Shown: positions 1 through 10,000, numbered from the stretch's first letter. The stretch is DNA of 64,000 nucleotides from Terriglobia bacterium (GCA_963824095.1 CAWGNS010000009.1:128256-192255); one strand, 5' to 3'. Notes: generated by a model from the sequence alone, not told the origin. Translations and numbers: made by a program.

Positions 1-1
1 C

Positions 2-2014
2 GATGCGGGCGGATTCGCGGGCGAGCACGAAGAGAATCTTTCGCGCAACGCCATGCTGAGCTACACGCGGATCTGGTCGCCGACCGTCATTACCGAGTCG
101 CGCGCAGCCTATTCGCGCCTGGTAACCACCCGCGTGCAGTCGCTGGCGGACGAAGACTCCTTTTCGGCCACCGGCATTGGCGGGCTCAACCCGTTCACCG
201 TCAACAACGGCGGCCTGATGCTGATCGCTCCGAACAGCTACACCAGCGTGGGCGGTTCGGAATGGCTGCCTACGCAGGAATACAACAACGTCTGGGATTT
301 CATCCAGAACGTATCGTGGAACAAGGGTTCCCACGCTTTCAAATTCGGCGCCGAGTATCGCCCGGTCGGCTTCCCGTTCTTCCAGGTGCCTTCTCCGCGC
401 GGCCAGATGGCGTTTCCGCGTGAACTGACCGGCCAGCGCGGCTTGTCCGACTCCGGTGACGGCATGGCCACCTGGTTGATCGGTACGCCCGGTTTCGCGC
501 GCATCACGACGGCGAACTTCATTTCGTCCTATCGTGACGCCTATTCGTTTTACGGGCAGGACGACTGGAAGGTGTCCTCGAAGCTGACCATCAACCTCGG
601 CTTGCGCTACGAGCTGACTTCGCCCATCGGGGAGAAGTTCGGGCGTCAGGCTCACCTCGACATTTGGGGGATCGATCACGCCAACCCCACCCTGGTGATT
701 CCGAAAGGGAAGGACCAGGATGCGCCGCTGCCTCCGAACTTCGCGACCGACTTTCCGGCCATCGATGTGGAACGCGGCACGGCCTCGCAATACCTCATCA
801 AATGGGATAAGACCAACTTCGCTCCCCGCATCGGCGCCGCTTACGAGATCCGGACCGGTACGGTAATCCGCGCCGGCTACGGCATGTTCTACGGCGCGGA
901 AGAGAACGAGGGCGGCAACCCCAACCGCGGCGAGAATCTGCCGTTCAACCAGGAAACGCAGTTCAATCAGGACAACTCGTTTTCCTTGAATCCATTCATC
1001 GACCGCTTCTCCGACGGCTTCCCGGTGAATTCATTCACGCTGCCGGCGCCGATCAACTTCCGCAGCGTCTACACCAATCGCCGCTGGCCGCTGGTTCACA
1101 AGTGGAACTTCAACGTGCAGCGCGACATCGGTTGGAACACGGTATTGGAGGTTGGTTACATTGGATCGAAGGGACAGCGCCTGACGCAAAACTACGATCC
1201 CAACCGGCCGGTCGCCGATCCGAAGCCTGGCGTGAACAGCTTGCCGCGGCGTCCCATCCAGGTCGTCGGCAACACGGGCATCCAGGGCACCAACAGCTTC
1301 GGCCGCTCCAACTACGACGCCCTGACGGTCAAGCTCGAGAAGCGCTTCTCGGATGGCATCCAGTTCCTGAGCTCCTACACCTGGGGTCACGCTCTCACCG
1401 ACGTCGGCTCGCCGCTGTCGGATGGGCCGGGCAACCGCACCGTCAACATTTCCGATGAGTATTCCCACGCCAGCTTCGATGTCCGCCATCGCTGGGTGCT
1501 GAGCGGACTGTGGGAGCTTCCGCTACTGAAGAACAATACCGGTTTGGCCGGTAAAGTCGCCGGCGGCTGGCAGCTCAACGGCATCCTGACGCTGCAGACC
1601 GGCAACTACATCAGCATCAGCTCGAGTCGTGGAGTTTGCTCCTGCTCGGGCACGATCCGACCGGACCCGGTCGCGGGTAAGGACCCCAACGGGGCGCCTC
1701 CGGGTGGCCGTACGCCGGAAGAGTGGATGGACACCAGCGCATTCCAGGATCCGACTCCGGGCACCTACGGCGCTCTGGGCAATTTCAGCAACATTCGCCC
1801 GGGCATCAGCACTCTGGACCTGTCGTTGTTCAAAGACTTCAAGATCAACGAGCGCTATCGCGTCCAGTTCCGGGCCGAAGCCTTGAACTTTGCCAACACG
1901 CCACAGTTCGATGCCCCGGGCTCAACCCAAGGCAACAGCGACTTTGGCCAGATCAACCAGACCCGCGCGGGCACAAACCGCCAGTTGCAGTTTGCCCTGC
2001 GCTTTATGTTCTAG
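2..2014 (+). CDS. TonB-dependent outer-membrane receptor, C-terminal beta-barrel part (5' end outside window)
   Basis: Frame is open from nt 2 with no upstream stop (track ORF 53..2014). Gly/Asn/Tyr/Phe-rich alternating beta-strand pattern. C-terminus ...QLQFALRFMF ends in Phe, the usual terminal aromatic of TonB-dependent/OM barrels. Confidence 0.75.
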   Translation, partial: DAGGFAGEHEENLSRNAMLSYTRIWSPTVITESRAAYSRLVTTRVQSLADEDSFSATGIGGLNPFTVNNGGLMLIAPNSYTSVGGSEWLPTQEYNNVWDFIQNVSWNKGSHAFKFGAEYRPVGFPFFQVPSPRGQMAFPRELTGQRGLSDSGDGMATWLIGTPGFARITTANFISSYRDAYSFYGQDDWKVSSKLTINLGLRYELTSPIGEKFGRQAHLDIWGIDHANPTLVIPKGKDQDAPLPPNFATDFPAIDVERGTASQYLIKWDKTNFAPRIGAAYEIRTGTVIRAGYGMFYGAEENEGGNPNRGENLPFNQETQFNQDNSFSLNPFIDRFSDGFPVNSFTLPAPINFRSVYTNRRWPLVHKWNFNVQRDIGWNTVLEVGYIGSKGQRLTQNYDPNRPVADPKPGVNSLPRRPIQVVGNTGIQGTNSFGRSNYDALTVKLEKRFSDGIQFLSSYTWGHALTDVGSPLSDGPGNRTVNISDEYSHASFDVRHRWVLSGLWELPLLKNNTGLAGKVAGGWQLNGILTLQTGNYISISSSRGVCSCSGTIRPDPVAGKDPNGAPPGGRTPEEWMDTSAFQDPTPGTYGALGNFSNIRPGISTLDLSLFKDFKINERYRVQFRAEALNFANTPQFDAPGSTQGNSDFGQINQTRAGTNRQLQFALRFMF

Positions 2015-2049
2015 AAACCCGGGTTCTTCGGAAAACCGGCTATTTAGGA

Positions 2050-2083
2050 GCCCCTGCCGCGATATCCGCGGCAGGGGCTTTTT
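2050..2083 (+). terminator. Rho-independent terminator after the receptor gene
   Basis: GCCCCTGCCGCG (2050-2061) pairs perfectly with CGCGGCAGGGGC (2067-2078). The loop is 5 nt and is followed by TTTTT (2079-2083). It lies 35 nt downstream of the stop at 2014. Confidence 0.8.
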
Positions 2084-2133
2084 CCTGCGCATCCAAACAG
2101 GAAACGGTTAAGCGCTTTCCCTGCGAAGCCTCC

Positions 2134-2336
2134 GCAGCGCAGGGCTCGTGTATTTCCAGACCTGCGGCTTGTTGTGGAGCAGCGAACGCCAACAACGGGC
2201 GGAAACTGGAACGCATCCGTCCGCTCTCCAGCCGCTTCCGCCTCCAGTTCGATCCGCCATTCGATGCAGCCGTCGAATCTTCCCCCGCGGCTCCATAGGG
2301 CCGCAGGTCTGGGAACTACACCCAGCCCTGCGCTAC
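2134..2336. repeat. MITE/REP-like inverted-repeat element, family 1, copy A (203 bp)
   Basis: Left arm GCAGCGCAGGGCTCGTGTATTTCCAGACCTGCGGC (2134-2168) and right arm GCCGCAGGTCTGGGAACTACACCCAGCCCTGCGCTAC (2300-2336) are inverted copies. The same arms recur at 15712-15863 and 36950-37093. No credible ORF inside. Confidence 0.7.
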
Positions 2337-2358
2337 GGGTGATTGGCGGTTCGCGGCG

Positions 2359-2382
2359 GAGACAGGCGGGAGCGCCTGTCTC
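2359..2382. repeat. GC-rich hairpin repeat (GAGACAGGCG-GGAG-CGCCTGTCTC)
   Basis: Perfect 10-bp stem with a 4-nt loop. Near-identical hairpins lie at 41604-41625, 41796-41819 and 44447-44470. A half copy lies at 24027-24039. Confidence 0.6.
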
Positions 2383-2482
2383 TACGTTGCGTTCTCTGTT
2401 GCGCTCTCTGCTTCGCGCTGTTTGTTAGTCTTCTAGGGGAGGGTCGATCCCGTGGTGGGGTCGGCTCTGTTGTAGATCCCGA

Positions 2483-3778
2483 ATGCTGTTGCGTCCCATG
2501 AACCGATTGTTCGTGTTCCTGCTTGTGGTTGGCCTGCTGCCGGGGCTTTACGCCGAGCCGCAGGAGAGCTTCGAAAGCGCCATGCGCGATGGCATGGCGG
2601 CCGTCCAGGCGAAAGACCTGGCCACGGCGCGCCAGAAATTCGAGCAGGCTTCGCGGCTGCGGCCGCAAGACCCACGCGTCTGGCTGGCGCTGGCCCAGAT
2701 TGATTTCAAGTCCGGCGACACCGAGCAAGCCGACCAGGCCGCCGCCAAAGCGGCTGCGCTGGCGCCCGGCGACCCCGCCACGCTGCAGGGCTTGGCCATT
2801 TATTACGCCGCCGCCAATCACTGGCAGCAGGCCGCCGAGGCCGAAGAGCGGCTGGCTCGGCTGCGGCCCGGAGATTCGGGCGCGGTTGGCCGCGGCGGCG
2901 AGTTTTATCTGCGCGCCAAGCAGCCCCAGAAGGCCGTCGATCTGCTGCGCTGGGGCATTGCCAACGACAACCGCGCGGCCCTCCAGATCCGCCTGGCGCA
3001 GGCCCTGATCGCCACCGGGAAGCCCCAAGACGCTATCGAACCGTTCGAACAGGCGATCGGCCTGGAACCCTACGAGGAGCGGCTCTACTTCGAAGAGGCG
3101 CGCCTGTTGCTGCAATTGCAGCAAACGGATCAGGCCCTCGCGGTTCTCGACCGCGGCGGCAAGATCTTCGACAAGAGCCCGCGGCTCGAGCTGTTGCGCG
3201 GTATCGCCTACTACGCGCAGCGCAAATTCTCGGCCGCCGTCGATTCCTTTCTGCGCAGCGCCACGCTCGACCCCGGCTTCGCGCAGCCCCACGCCTTCCT
3301 GGGACGCATCCTGAGCCACGCCCACGACCGCCTCCCCGAAGTCACCGCCTGTTTCACGGCTTTCGAAAAGGCAAATCCCGAAAATTATCTGGGCTATTAC
3401 CTTCACGCGATCGCATTGATCGAAGGCCTGGGTCCCGAGCCCGATGCGGCGGCCACGGCAGAGGCCGAACGCCTACTGTCGCGCGCTTTGGAGCTCAAGG
3501 AAGACCACGCGGACTCGCATTTCGAGTTGGGGGCGCTGCTGGCCAAAAAACACGATTTCGAGGGCGCCGAAAAGCACCTGAAGCGTGCCATCGAGCTCAA
3601 TCCCGACAGTTCGAAAGCGCACTACCACCTGGCGCGCGTCTACACGCGGCTGGGCAAGACCGAGCAGGCGCTCGCCGAGCAAAAGCTGCATGAAAAACTC
3701 ACCGAGCAAGAACGCCAGCAAATGCGCTCCGGCATGGCTTCCGGCGCTGAGAATGCACTCACCGATGTAGTACAATAG
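2483..3778 (+). CDS. Secreted tetratricopeptide-repeat (TPR) protein
   Basis: N-terminal signal-like MLLRPMNRLFVFLLVVGLLPGLYAEP. Multiple 34-aa TPR-like units (A..A...G....A...fe.Al.l.P), for example HFELGALLAKKHDFEGAEKHLKRAIELNPDSSKAHYHLARVY. Confidence 0.8.
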   Translation: MLLRPMNRLFVFLLVVGLLPGLYAEPQESFESAMRDGMAAVQAKDLATARQKFEQASRLRPQDPRVWLALAQIDFKSGDTEQADQAAAKAAALAPGDPATLQGLAIYYAAANHWQQAAEAEERLARLRPGDSGAVGRGGEFYLRAKQPQKAVDLLRWGIANDNRAALQIRLAQALIATGKPQDAIEPFEQAIGLEPYEERLYFEEARLLLQLQQTDQALAVLDRGGKIFDKSPRLELLRGIAYYAQRKFSAAVDSFLRSATLDPGFAQPHAFLGRILSHAHDRLPEVTACFTAFEKANPENYLGYYLHAIALIEGLGPEPDAAATAEAERLLSRALELKEDHADSHFELGALLAKKHDFEGAEKHLKRAIELNPDSSKAHYHLARVYTRLGKTEQALAEQKLHEKLTEQERQQMRSGMASGAENALTDVVQ

Positions 3779-3805
3779 CTGTAATTTTCGGGTCGAGGTG
3801 TTCTC

Positions 3806-4495
3806 ATGAAACGCCGTCATTTTTTGGCGGCTCTCGCTGCCACGGCAGGGGAAGCCGCTGCCGGTCCTAACGAAGAATCGAAGGTTTTGCTGCCCACCGA
3901 TACGCCGGACGGCTACGGCTTCCGGATCATGTGGTACAACCCGGTTGCGCCGATCGACAAGGCGAACTATCGCCTCAAAGTCGGCGGCCTGGTCGAGAAA
4001 CCGCTGGAGCTGTCGCTCGACGAGCTGCGCGAGCTGCCGCAAGTCACCCAGAACTCGCGCATGAAGTGCGTGCAGTGCTGGTCGTCGCGCACCACCTGGG
4101 GCGGCTTTCGCTTCGAGCCGTTTCTCGACAAGGTCAAGCCCAAGAAGTCCGCCCGCGCCGTGCGTTTCGACTGCGCCGATAAGTGGTACGAGTACATGTC
4201 CCTGGAGGAGATGGCGTCGCCGCGGGTATTGATGACGCTCGATTTCGACGGCAAACCGCTACCCGACAAGCACGGCGCGCCGCTGCGTCTGCTCGACCCC
4301 TCGAAATACGGCTACAAATCGGCCAAGCTGATTCTGTCGGTGACCTTCGTCGAAGAAGGCAAGGGCAGCATGGCCTGCGACATCGGCCCCTACTATTCGC
4401 CGACCGGAGAGATTCAGTCCGGCTACGATCATCCGCTCGATCTGGGCGCCAACGTCCGCAAGAAGATTCGCGGCGGAGAGATCACCGAATACTGA
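3806..4495 (+). CDS. Molybdopterin-dependent oxidoreductase domain protein (sulfite-oxidase/MsrP-like), Tat signal
   Basis: GAGGTG RBS 6 nt upstream. Tat-type N-terminus MKRRHFLAALAATAG. Oxidoreductase Mo-binding signatures LKVGGLVEKPLELSLDEL, MKCVQCWSS (Cys ligand context) and HGAPLRLLDPSKYGYKSAKL. Confidence 0.75.
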   Translation: MKRRHFLAALAATAGEAAAGPNEESKVLLPTDTPDGYGFRIMWYNPVAPIDKANYRLKVGGLVEKPLELSLDELRELPQVTQNSRMKCVQCWSSRTTWGGFRFEPFLDKVKPKKSARAVRFDCADKWYEYMSLEEMASPRVLMTLDFDGKPLPDKHGAPLRLLDPSKYGYKSAKLILSVTFVEEGKGSMACDIGPYYSPTGEIQSGYDHPLDLGANVRKKIRGGEITEY

Positions 4496-5655
4496 TGTGG
4501 AGCCTTTCCAAGCGTCAGTTTTTGCGCCTGGCGGGACTAGCGATTTCCGACCGCATTCTGCCGCGCTGGATGTGGGCGCGGCCGCCCGAGCCGGTGGTGG
4601 CGCAGGAGCGCAAGCTGATCATCGTCACCTTCGGCGGCGGCGTGCGCTACGCGGAAACCTTCACGCCGGCGGGGCTGAAAAACATCCCGCGCCTGGCCGA
4701 ACTGAAACAACAAGGGCTATTTTTCCAGAATTGCCTGAATCAGGGCGTGCTGTCGCACTATAACTCGACCGCCAGTATTTTGACCGGCCAGTGGCAGCGC
4801 GTCGACGATTTCGGATTCCAGCGGCCCTCGAGCCCGACGATCTTTGAGTACTACCGCAAGGCGACCAACGCCGGCCCGATGGACGCCTGGGCGATCTGCA
4901 CCAACAAGAGCTTCGCGTCGATCGCCGCCAGCGGCGAGAGCGGCTGGGGCGACAACTACGGCGCCAATCTGGTGCTGCCCAAGCAATTGCTGCTCGAAGC
5001 CGTCGAAGGCGTCATCAAGCGCGACCTGAACCAGGGCGTCGCCAATCGCGAAAACGTGCTGCGGCAGCTCGAAGGCATTTTGAACGCCGGTTACGAAGGC
5101 ATCGGCTGGACGATTTTCCAGGGCGGCCGGCAGATCGACCGGCAGGTCCGGGATACGCTCACCCGCAGCCTGGTCAACTATATTTACGGCCCCGAGGCGC
5201 CCACCTCCGGCGACGAGCTGACCTATTTCATCACCCAGGAAGTGATGCGCGAGTTTTCGCCGCGGCTCATCCTGGTGAATTTCTGGGATATGGACGTGGC
5301 CCATTGGGGAGCCTACTCGCTCTACCTGCAAGCGATCACCAAGACCGACCGGCTCTGCGGCATGTTGTGGGACGAGGTGCAGTCGAACCCGCAGTATAAG
5401 GACCGAACGACGATGCTGATCCTGCCCGAGCTCGGCCGCGACGGCGATATGAATACGGCCAACGGGTTTCTCAATCACCGCAGCGGCGATCCGTCGTGCC
5501 GTCACGTCTGGATGCTTGCGCTGGGCGCCGGCGTCTCCGCGGGGGAAATCGAGCGTTCCATCGCGCACGTCGATCTGTGCGCCACCGCCGCCGATATTTT
5601 GGGCGCGAAGATCCCCGAAATCAGCGGGCAGCCGGTGCGGGAATTGTTGTCGTGA
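4495..5655 (+). CDS. DUF1501-like / alkaline-phosphatase-superfamily protein with Tat-like signal
   Basis: I moved the start from track ORF 4183 to ATG 4495, which overlaps the upstream TGA (TGATG). N-terminus MWSLSKRQFLRLAGLAI. IIVTFGGGVRY, VLSHYNSTASILTG and ILPELGRDGDMNTANGFLNHRSGD...MLALGAGV resemble DUF1501/sulfatase-like cores. Family assignment is by eye only. Confidence 0.55.
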   Translation: MWSLSKRQFLRLAGLAISDRILPRWMWARPPEPVVAQERKLIIVTFGGGVRYAETFTPAGLKNIPRLAELKQQGLFFQNCLNQGVLSHYNSTASILTGQWQRVDDFGFQRPSSPTIFEYYRKATNAGPMDAWAICTNKSFASIAASGESGWGDNYGANLVLPKQLLLEAVEGVIKRDLNQGVANRENVLRQLEGILNAGYEGIGWTIFQGGRQIDRQVRDTLTRSLVNYIYGPEAPTSGDELTYFITQEVMREFSPRLILVNFWDMDVAHWGAYSLYLQAITKTDRLCGMLWDEVQSNPQYKDRTTMLILPELGRDGDMNTANGFLNHRSGDPSCRHVWMLALGAGVSAGEIERSIAHVDLCATAADILGAKIPEISGQPVRELLS

Positions 5656-5681
5656 GTCTGGTCGCGCGCGGGAGTCGCGAG

Positions 5682-5748
5682 GGGGACAGTCACCCGCCGG
5701 ACGCAGTAGCGCCTGAACGCAAGCATCCGTGACCGGGTGACTGTCCCC
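5682..5748. repeat. Inverted-repeat element, family 2 (GGGGACAGTCACC type), copy 1
   Basis: GGGGACAGTCACCC (5682-5695) and GGGTGACTGTCCCC (5735-5748) are perfect inverted copies 39 nt apart. Related copies lie at 10682-10762 and 16492-16572. Confidence 0.65.
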
Positions 5749-5777
5749 GTTCGGCACCGTTCGCCAAAAGTCACTCC

Positions 5778-7052
5778 ATGGCTGAGACCTCGAAAATCAG
5801 TCCCGAGTTGAAGCAACTCATGAAGGAAGGCCTGTTCCAGCGCCTTCCGCCGACCTTCTCTACCTACTTCTACGACCGCATCGAAGACTGGAAGCGGCTG
5901 TTTCCCGCCGAGCGCAACTATTTCGAGCGGCTGTTCGCCCTGCTCGACCGCTCCGATCCCAAAGCCGTCGAGCAGTTGTTCGCCCCGCTGCGCGCGGTCG
6001 AGGCGAAGATGGGCATCAACGAGAACAACTGGGACCGCCGCGAGTTCACGCTCGAGCACGTCGACTTCCTGCAGCGCTCGCCCTACTTGGCCGAGTGGCG
6101 CGCCACGATCGCGGATATCTTCGCGAAGATCGACCCGATGCTCGACGAAGAAGTCGCGCGCTCGGGCCACTCGCGCCTGGTGATGGTGATCTCGCCCGCC
6201 GAGTTGCCCACCGGGCCCGACCGCATGTGGCTGCGCCTCAAAGACCGCGGCAAGCTGATTCCGCTCGACCTTGGCGAAGGCGACTCGCTCAACGATTATC
6301 TGCCGCTGCTGCTCACCGGCGCGCCGCGCTCGGAGCGGGCCCCGGCGCTGTTCGACCTGGCGGGCTCCGGCCCGCGCGGCCCTTACGACAACTGGGTCCT
6401 CGAAGCCGGCGACCCGGTCCACCGCCTGGCGACGACGCTCGACGGTTGGGCCGGTTTCAGCTACGCGCGGCTGCAGCGATTGCGCGAAGTGCTGATGGAA
6501 GAAGTCGACAAGCTGGTGACGCGCGAGCAAATTCCCGGCCCACGGCAGCTTGGCGAGAAGCTGAAACATCTGAACCCGGGCGAGCTGCGCCGCGCGGCCG
6601 GACGCGACCCCATCCTGAGCGATTTTCTGCAGTCGGTGCTGCTCAACGGCAACGGCACGCTGCTCATCAACAACACTTTCGTCGAGTGGGCCAGCATGCA
6701 GGCGATCCGCCGCGCGCGCCCCACCTTGCTGTGCGCCTCGTTCGGCATTCGCACCAAGGTCAAGCCGTTCAGCAGCCTATTGATCTACACCGATCAGGAG
6801 GAAGCCAACCCCATCCCCACGCAGGCCGACATGCTGGGCTCCTACGTCGACCTCGAAGTGTTCTACCAGTACATCTGGCAGGAGTGCGAGAAGTACGCCG
6901 AGTATCGCCGCAACACGGCGTATCTTTTCGTGGGCGAAGGCATGGACGCGCTGTTCGCCATCGCGCCGCCCGATTTTCCGCTGCTGCGCGCCGCCGGTCC
7001 GGTTCCGCTTGCCGAAATCTTCGCCGGGGCCAAGCAATGGCTGCAACTTTAA
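5778..7052 (+). CDS. Hypothetical protein (424 aa, no signal peptide, no family recognised)
   Basis: Long ORF with balanced amino-acid composition, unlike the Arg/Ala-rich shadow frames. It lies in a co-directional cluster and its 3' end overlaps the next start by 16 nt. I recognise no motif. Confidence 0.6.
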   Translation: MAETSKISPELKQLMKEGLFQRLPPTFSTYFYDRIEDWKRLFPAERNYFERLFALLDRSDPKAVEQLFAPLRAVEAKMGINENNWDRREFTLEHVDFLQRSPYLAEWRATIADIFAKIDPMLDEEVARSGHSRLVMVISPAELPTGPDRMWLRLKDRGKLIPLDLGEGDSLNDYLPLLLTGAPRSERAPALFDLAGSGPRGPYDNWVLEAGDPVHRLATTLDGWAGFSYARLQRLREVLMEEVDKLVTREQIPGPRQLGEKLKHLNPGELRRAAGRDPILSDFLQSVLLNGNGTLLINNTFVEWASMQAIRRARPTLLCASFGIRTKVKPFSSLLIYTDQEEANPIPTQADMLGSYVDLEVFYQYIWQECEKYAEYRRNTAYLFVGEGMDALFAIAPPDFPLLRAAGPVPLAEIFAGAKQWLQL

Positions 7053-10000
7053 GCCGCCGCCGCTTCCTCGCCCTCAGCGCCGCGGCCGGGTTTCTGGGAA
7101 CGCGGCCCAGGCCGCTGCTCGCCGAGGTCTTCCCGGTCCATTTCCTCAAGACCAGCCCTTACGAAGAGCTTTATCGCTATATCGAACCCGGCAGCGATGA
7201 GTTCGCCATCGAAAAGCAGGCGGCGGAAATCACGCGCGTACTCGGCCGGATGATGGAAACCCGCGGTCTGCCGCTTGCCGATGGCTTTCAGGGACGCTCG
7301 CCGTTGCCGTCGGGGTATCGAAAGATTTCCGACGATGTATGCCGAAGCGGAGTTCGCGCCAGAATCCGGCGCGTTCGCGGAAAATCTGCGGCATTGGCTC
7401 GACTCGCTCGGCGAAGTTCGAAGGGTCCGCGTTACTTCGTGCTCGGCTCGAATCGCGTGCGCTACGAGATCGCCGGCCGCAACGAGTGGCGGGCTCGAAT
7501 ATCGCGTCGGACACTGGCGCCAGGTGTGGCGCGACGGCAAACTCATCGAATTCGAGCCACTCGAAGAAACCGTCGCTCGTTCCGCCGGGCCGTGGTTCGA
7601 CGAGGTCACCCCGACGCTTGTTCGGCAACGAGCAGTCTTTCCAGCGAACAACTGCAGCCATGGCGTGCCCTACTGGCGCGAGCGCCTCGACTCGGCGAGC
7701 GGCATCGATGTCTACGGCCAGAACGGCATCGCCGCCGGCGACATCGACAACGATGGTTGGGACGAGATCTACGTCTGCCAGCCGGGCGGCCTGCCCAACC
7801 GTCTCTACAAGCGCCGCGGCGACGGCACGATGGAAGACATCACCGAACGCGCCGGGGTGGGCCTGCTCGACAACACCGCCTGCGCCCTATTCGTCGATTT
7901 CCGCAACAGCGGTCTGCAGGATCTCGTCGCGCTCACCGCCGCCGGGCCGCTCTACTTTCTCAACCGGGGCGACGGAACCTTCCGCCACAAGCCCGAAGCT
8001 TTCCGCTTCGAAAGCCCGGCGCGGGGAGCGTTTACCGGGATGTCGGCCGCCGACTATGACGGCGATGGCCGCGTCGATCTTTACCTGTGCACCTACATCT
8101 ACTTTCAAAGCGAGGATCAGTACAGCTATCCCGCGCCCTACCACGACGCGCGCAACGGCCCGCCGAATTTTCTGTTCCACAACGAGCTGACCGGCGCCGG
8201 CGAGGGAGCGTTCGTCGACGTCACCGCTGCCACGGGGCTCAGCGAGAACAACGACCGCTATAGCTTTGCGCCGGCCTGGTGCGACTATGACGGCGACGGC
8301 CGCCCCGACCTCTATGTCGCCAACGATTTCGGCCGCAATAACCTCTACAAGAACGAAGGCGGGCGCTTTCGGGACGTTGCCGCTGAAGCCGGCGTCGAAG
8401 ACCTCGGCCCCGGCATGAGCGCCGCCTGGCTCGACTACGATAACGACGGCCGCCCCGATCTTTACGTGACCAACATGTGGACCGCCGCCGGCCAACGGCT
8501 CATCGAGAGCGAGGCCTTTTCGCCCGTCGCCCGCGATCACCTCAACGACGCCTACCGCCGCCACGCCAAGGGCAACAGCCTCCACCGCAACCGCGGCGAT
8601 GGAACGTTCGAAGAGAGCAGCGCCGCCGAGCACGTCGAGATGGGCCGCTGGGCGTGGAGCGGCGACGCGTTCGACTTCGATGGCGATGGAACGCCCGAAC
8701 TCTATGTCACCGCTGGAATGATCACCAACCCGCCGGCGGTCGAAGCTTGGGTCGACGGCTCAATGCCGGATTCCACGAAGGCCGGCGCTTCTGAAATCGA
8801 CCTGATGAGTTTCTTCTGGCGGCAGGTCGTGGCAAAGTCACCGTCGAAGCTGCAGCCCTCCACCGCCTACGAAAACGGCTGGAACGCCATCAATCAACTC
8901 ATCCGCGAGGACTACAGTTGGAACGGGCACGAGCCCAATGTGTTTCACGCGCGGCGCGGCAACCGCTACTACGATTTCTCCGGCGTCTCGGGGCTCGACT
9001 TCGCCGCCGACAGCCGCGCCTTCGCCGCCACCGATTTCAACGGCGACGGCCGCCCCGACCTATTCGTGAAAAACCGCCTGGGCCCGCAAATCCGCGCGCT
9101 GGAAAACCGAGCGGGCAACGCGAACAACGTCCTGGTGCTGGCGCTCGAGGGAACCCAATCCAACCGCGACGCCATCGGAGCCTGGGTGACGGTCGAGCAC
9201 GAAAACGGAAAGGCCGCGCAGGCGTTGCAAGCCGGCTCAGGCTATCTGTCGCAGCACACCAAACACCTGCATTTCGGTCTCGGCAAATCTAAACAGGCAA
9301 AAACCGTAACCGTTCGCTGGCCCGGAGGCGAGACCGAGACCCTAGCCAACCTGAAAGCCAACCACCACTACAAGGTCCAACAAGGAAAGGGAATCATCGC
9401 CACCCAACCCATTCAGCCGTCTCAAACAGCGCAGCCAGCCCAACCCATTCAGAGCCGCACCCGCAAGGGTGCGTTGAATGACACCGCCTCGGCAAAAGCA
9501 CAACAACCTACCATCGCACCCGAATCAACCGATCAACCGAACAACGGATCCACGGAATCCTGGCTCCTCGAACCCGTTCCCCTGCCACAAAAGCACTCCG
9601 GCCCCGGTTTCATCTGCCTCGCCGCCGCAGCCCTTGAAACGACGCCGCGCAGCGTCCCGTTCGATGTCATTCGTCTTGACCAACAGCCGCCCGACGTCGC
9701 CGCTTGGTATGCCATCTTCCGCCGCTACCTGTTCGACTACCGCGGCCCGCTGACCGTGCCGACGCTGCTGTTGATCGACGAGCGCAGCCGCGCCCACAAA
9801 GTCTATTTCTCGATTCCGGAAGAACCCGATCTGAAGCGCGATCTCGAACGAATGCGCGACCCCGATCGCGCCGCGCTGGCGCTCCCCTTCGCCGGACGCT
9901 ACTACCATCCGCCGTCGCGTAATTATTTTCGTCACGGAGCCGCCTTCTTTCACGCCGGCTATCCCGAGCAAGCCCTCGGCTATCTCGAAGAAGTCGTTGC

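Noticed and set aside
2333-3406. Long ORFs on the opposite strand or in alternative frames of clearly assigned genes. These include 2333-3406, 4717-5757, 5502-6569, 14573-15826, 16063-17265, 21370-22650, 22625-23545, 25307-26668, 35208-36422, 37073-38152, 38585-39964, 40259-41692, 41851-43176, 49843-52140, 54045-55721 and 60355-61728.
   Set aside because: Their translations are Arg/Ala/Gly/Pro-dominated low complexity without any recognisable motif. Each is fully overlapped by a gene with strong family signatures. This is the typical stop-poor shadow-frame behaviour of high-GC DNA.
6095-8059. 654-aa plus-strand ORF spanning two genes
   Set aside because: Only its 7037-7337 segment (Tat signal plus N-terminal domain of the CRTAC1-type protein) looks protein-like. 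The rest is an Arg-rich shadow of 5778-7052 and of the downstream reading frame.
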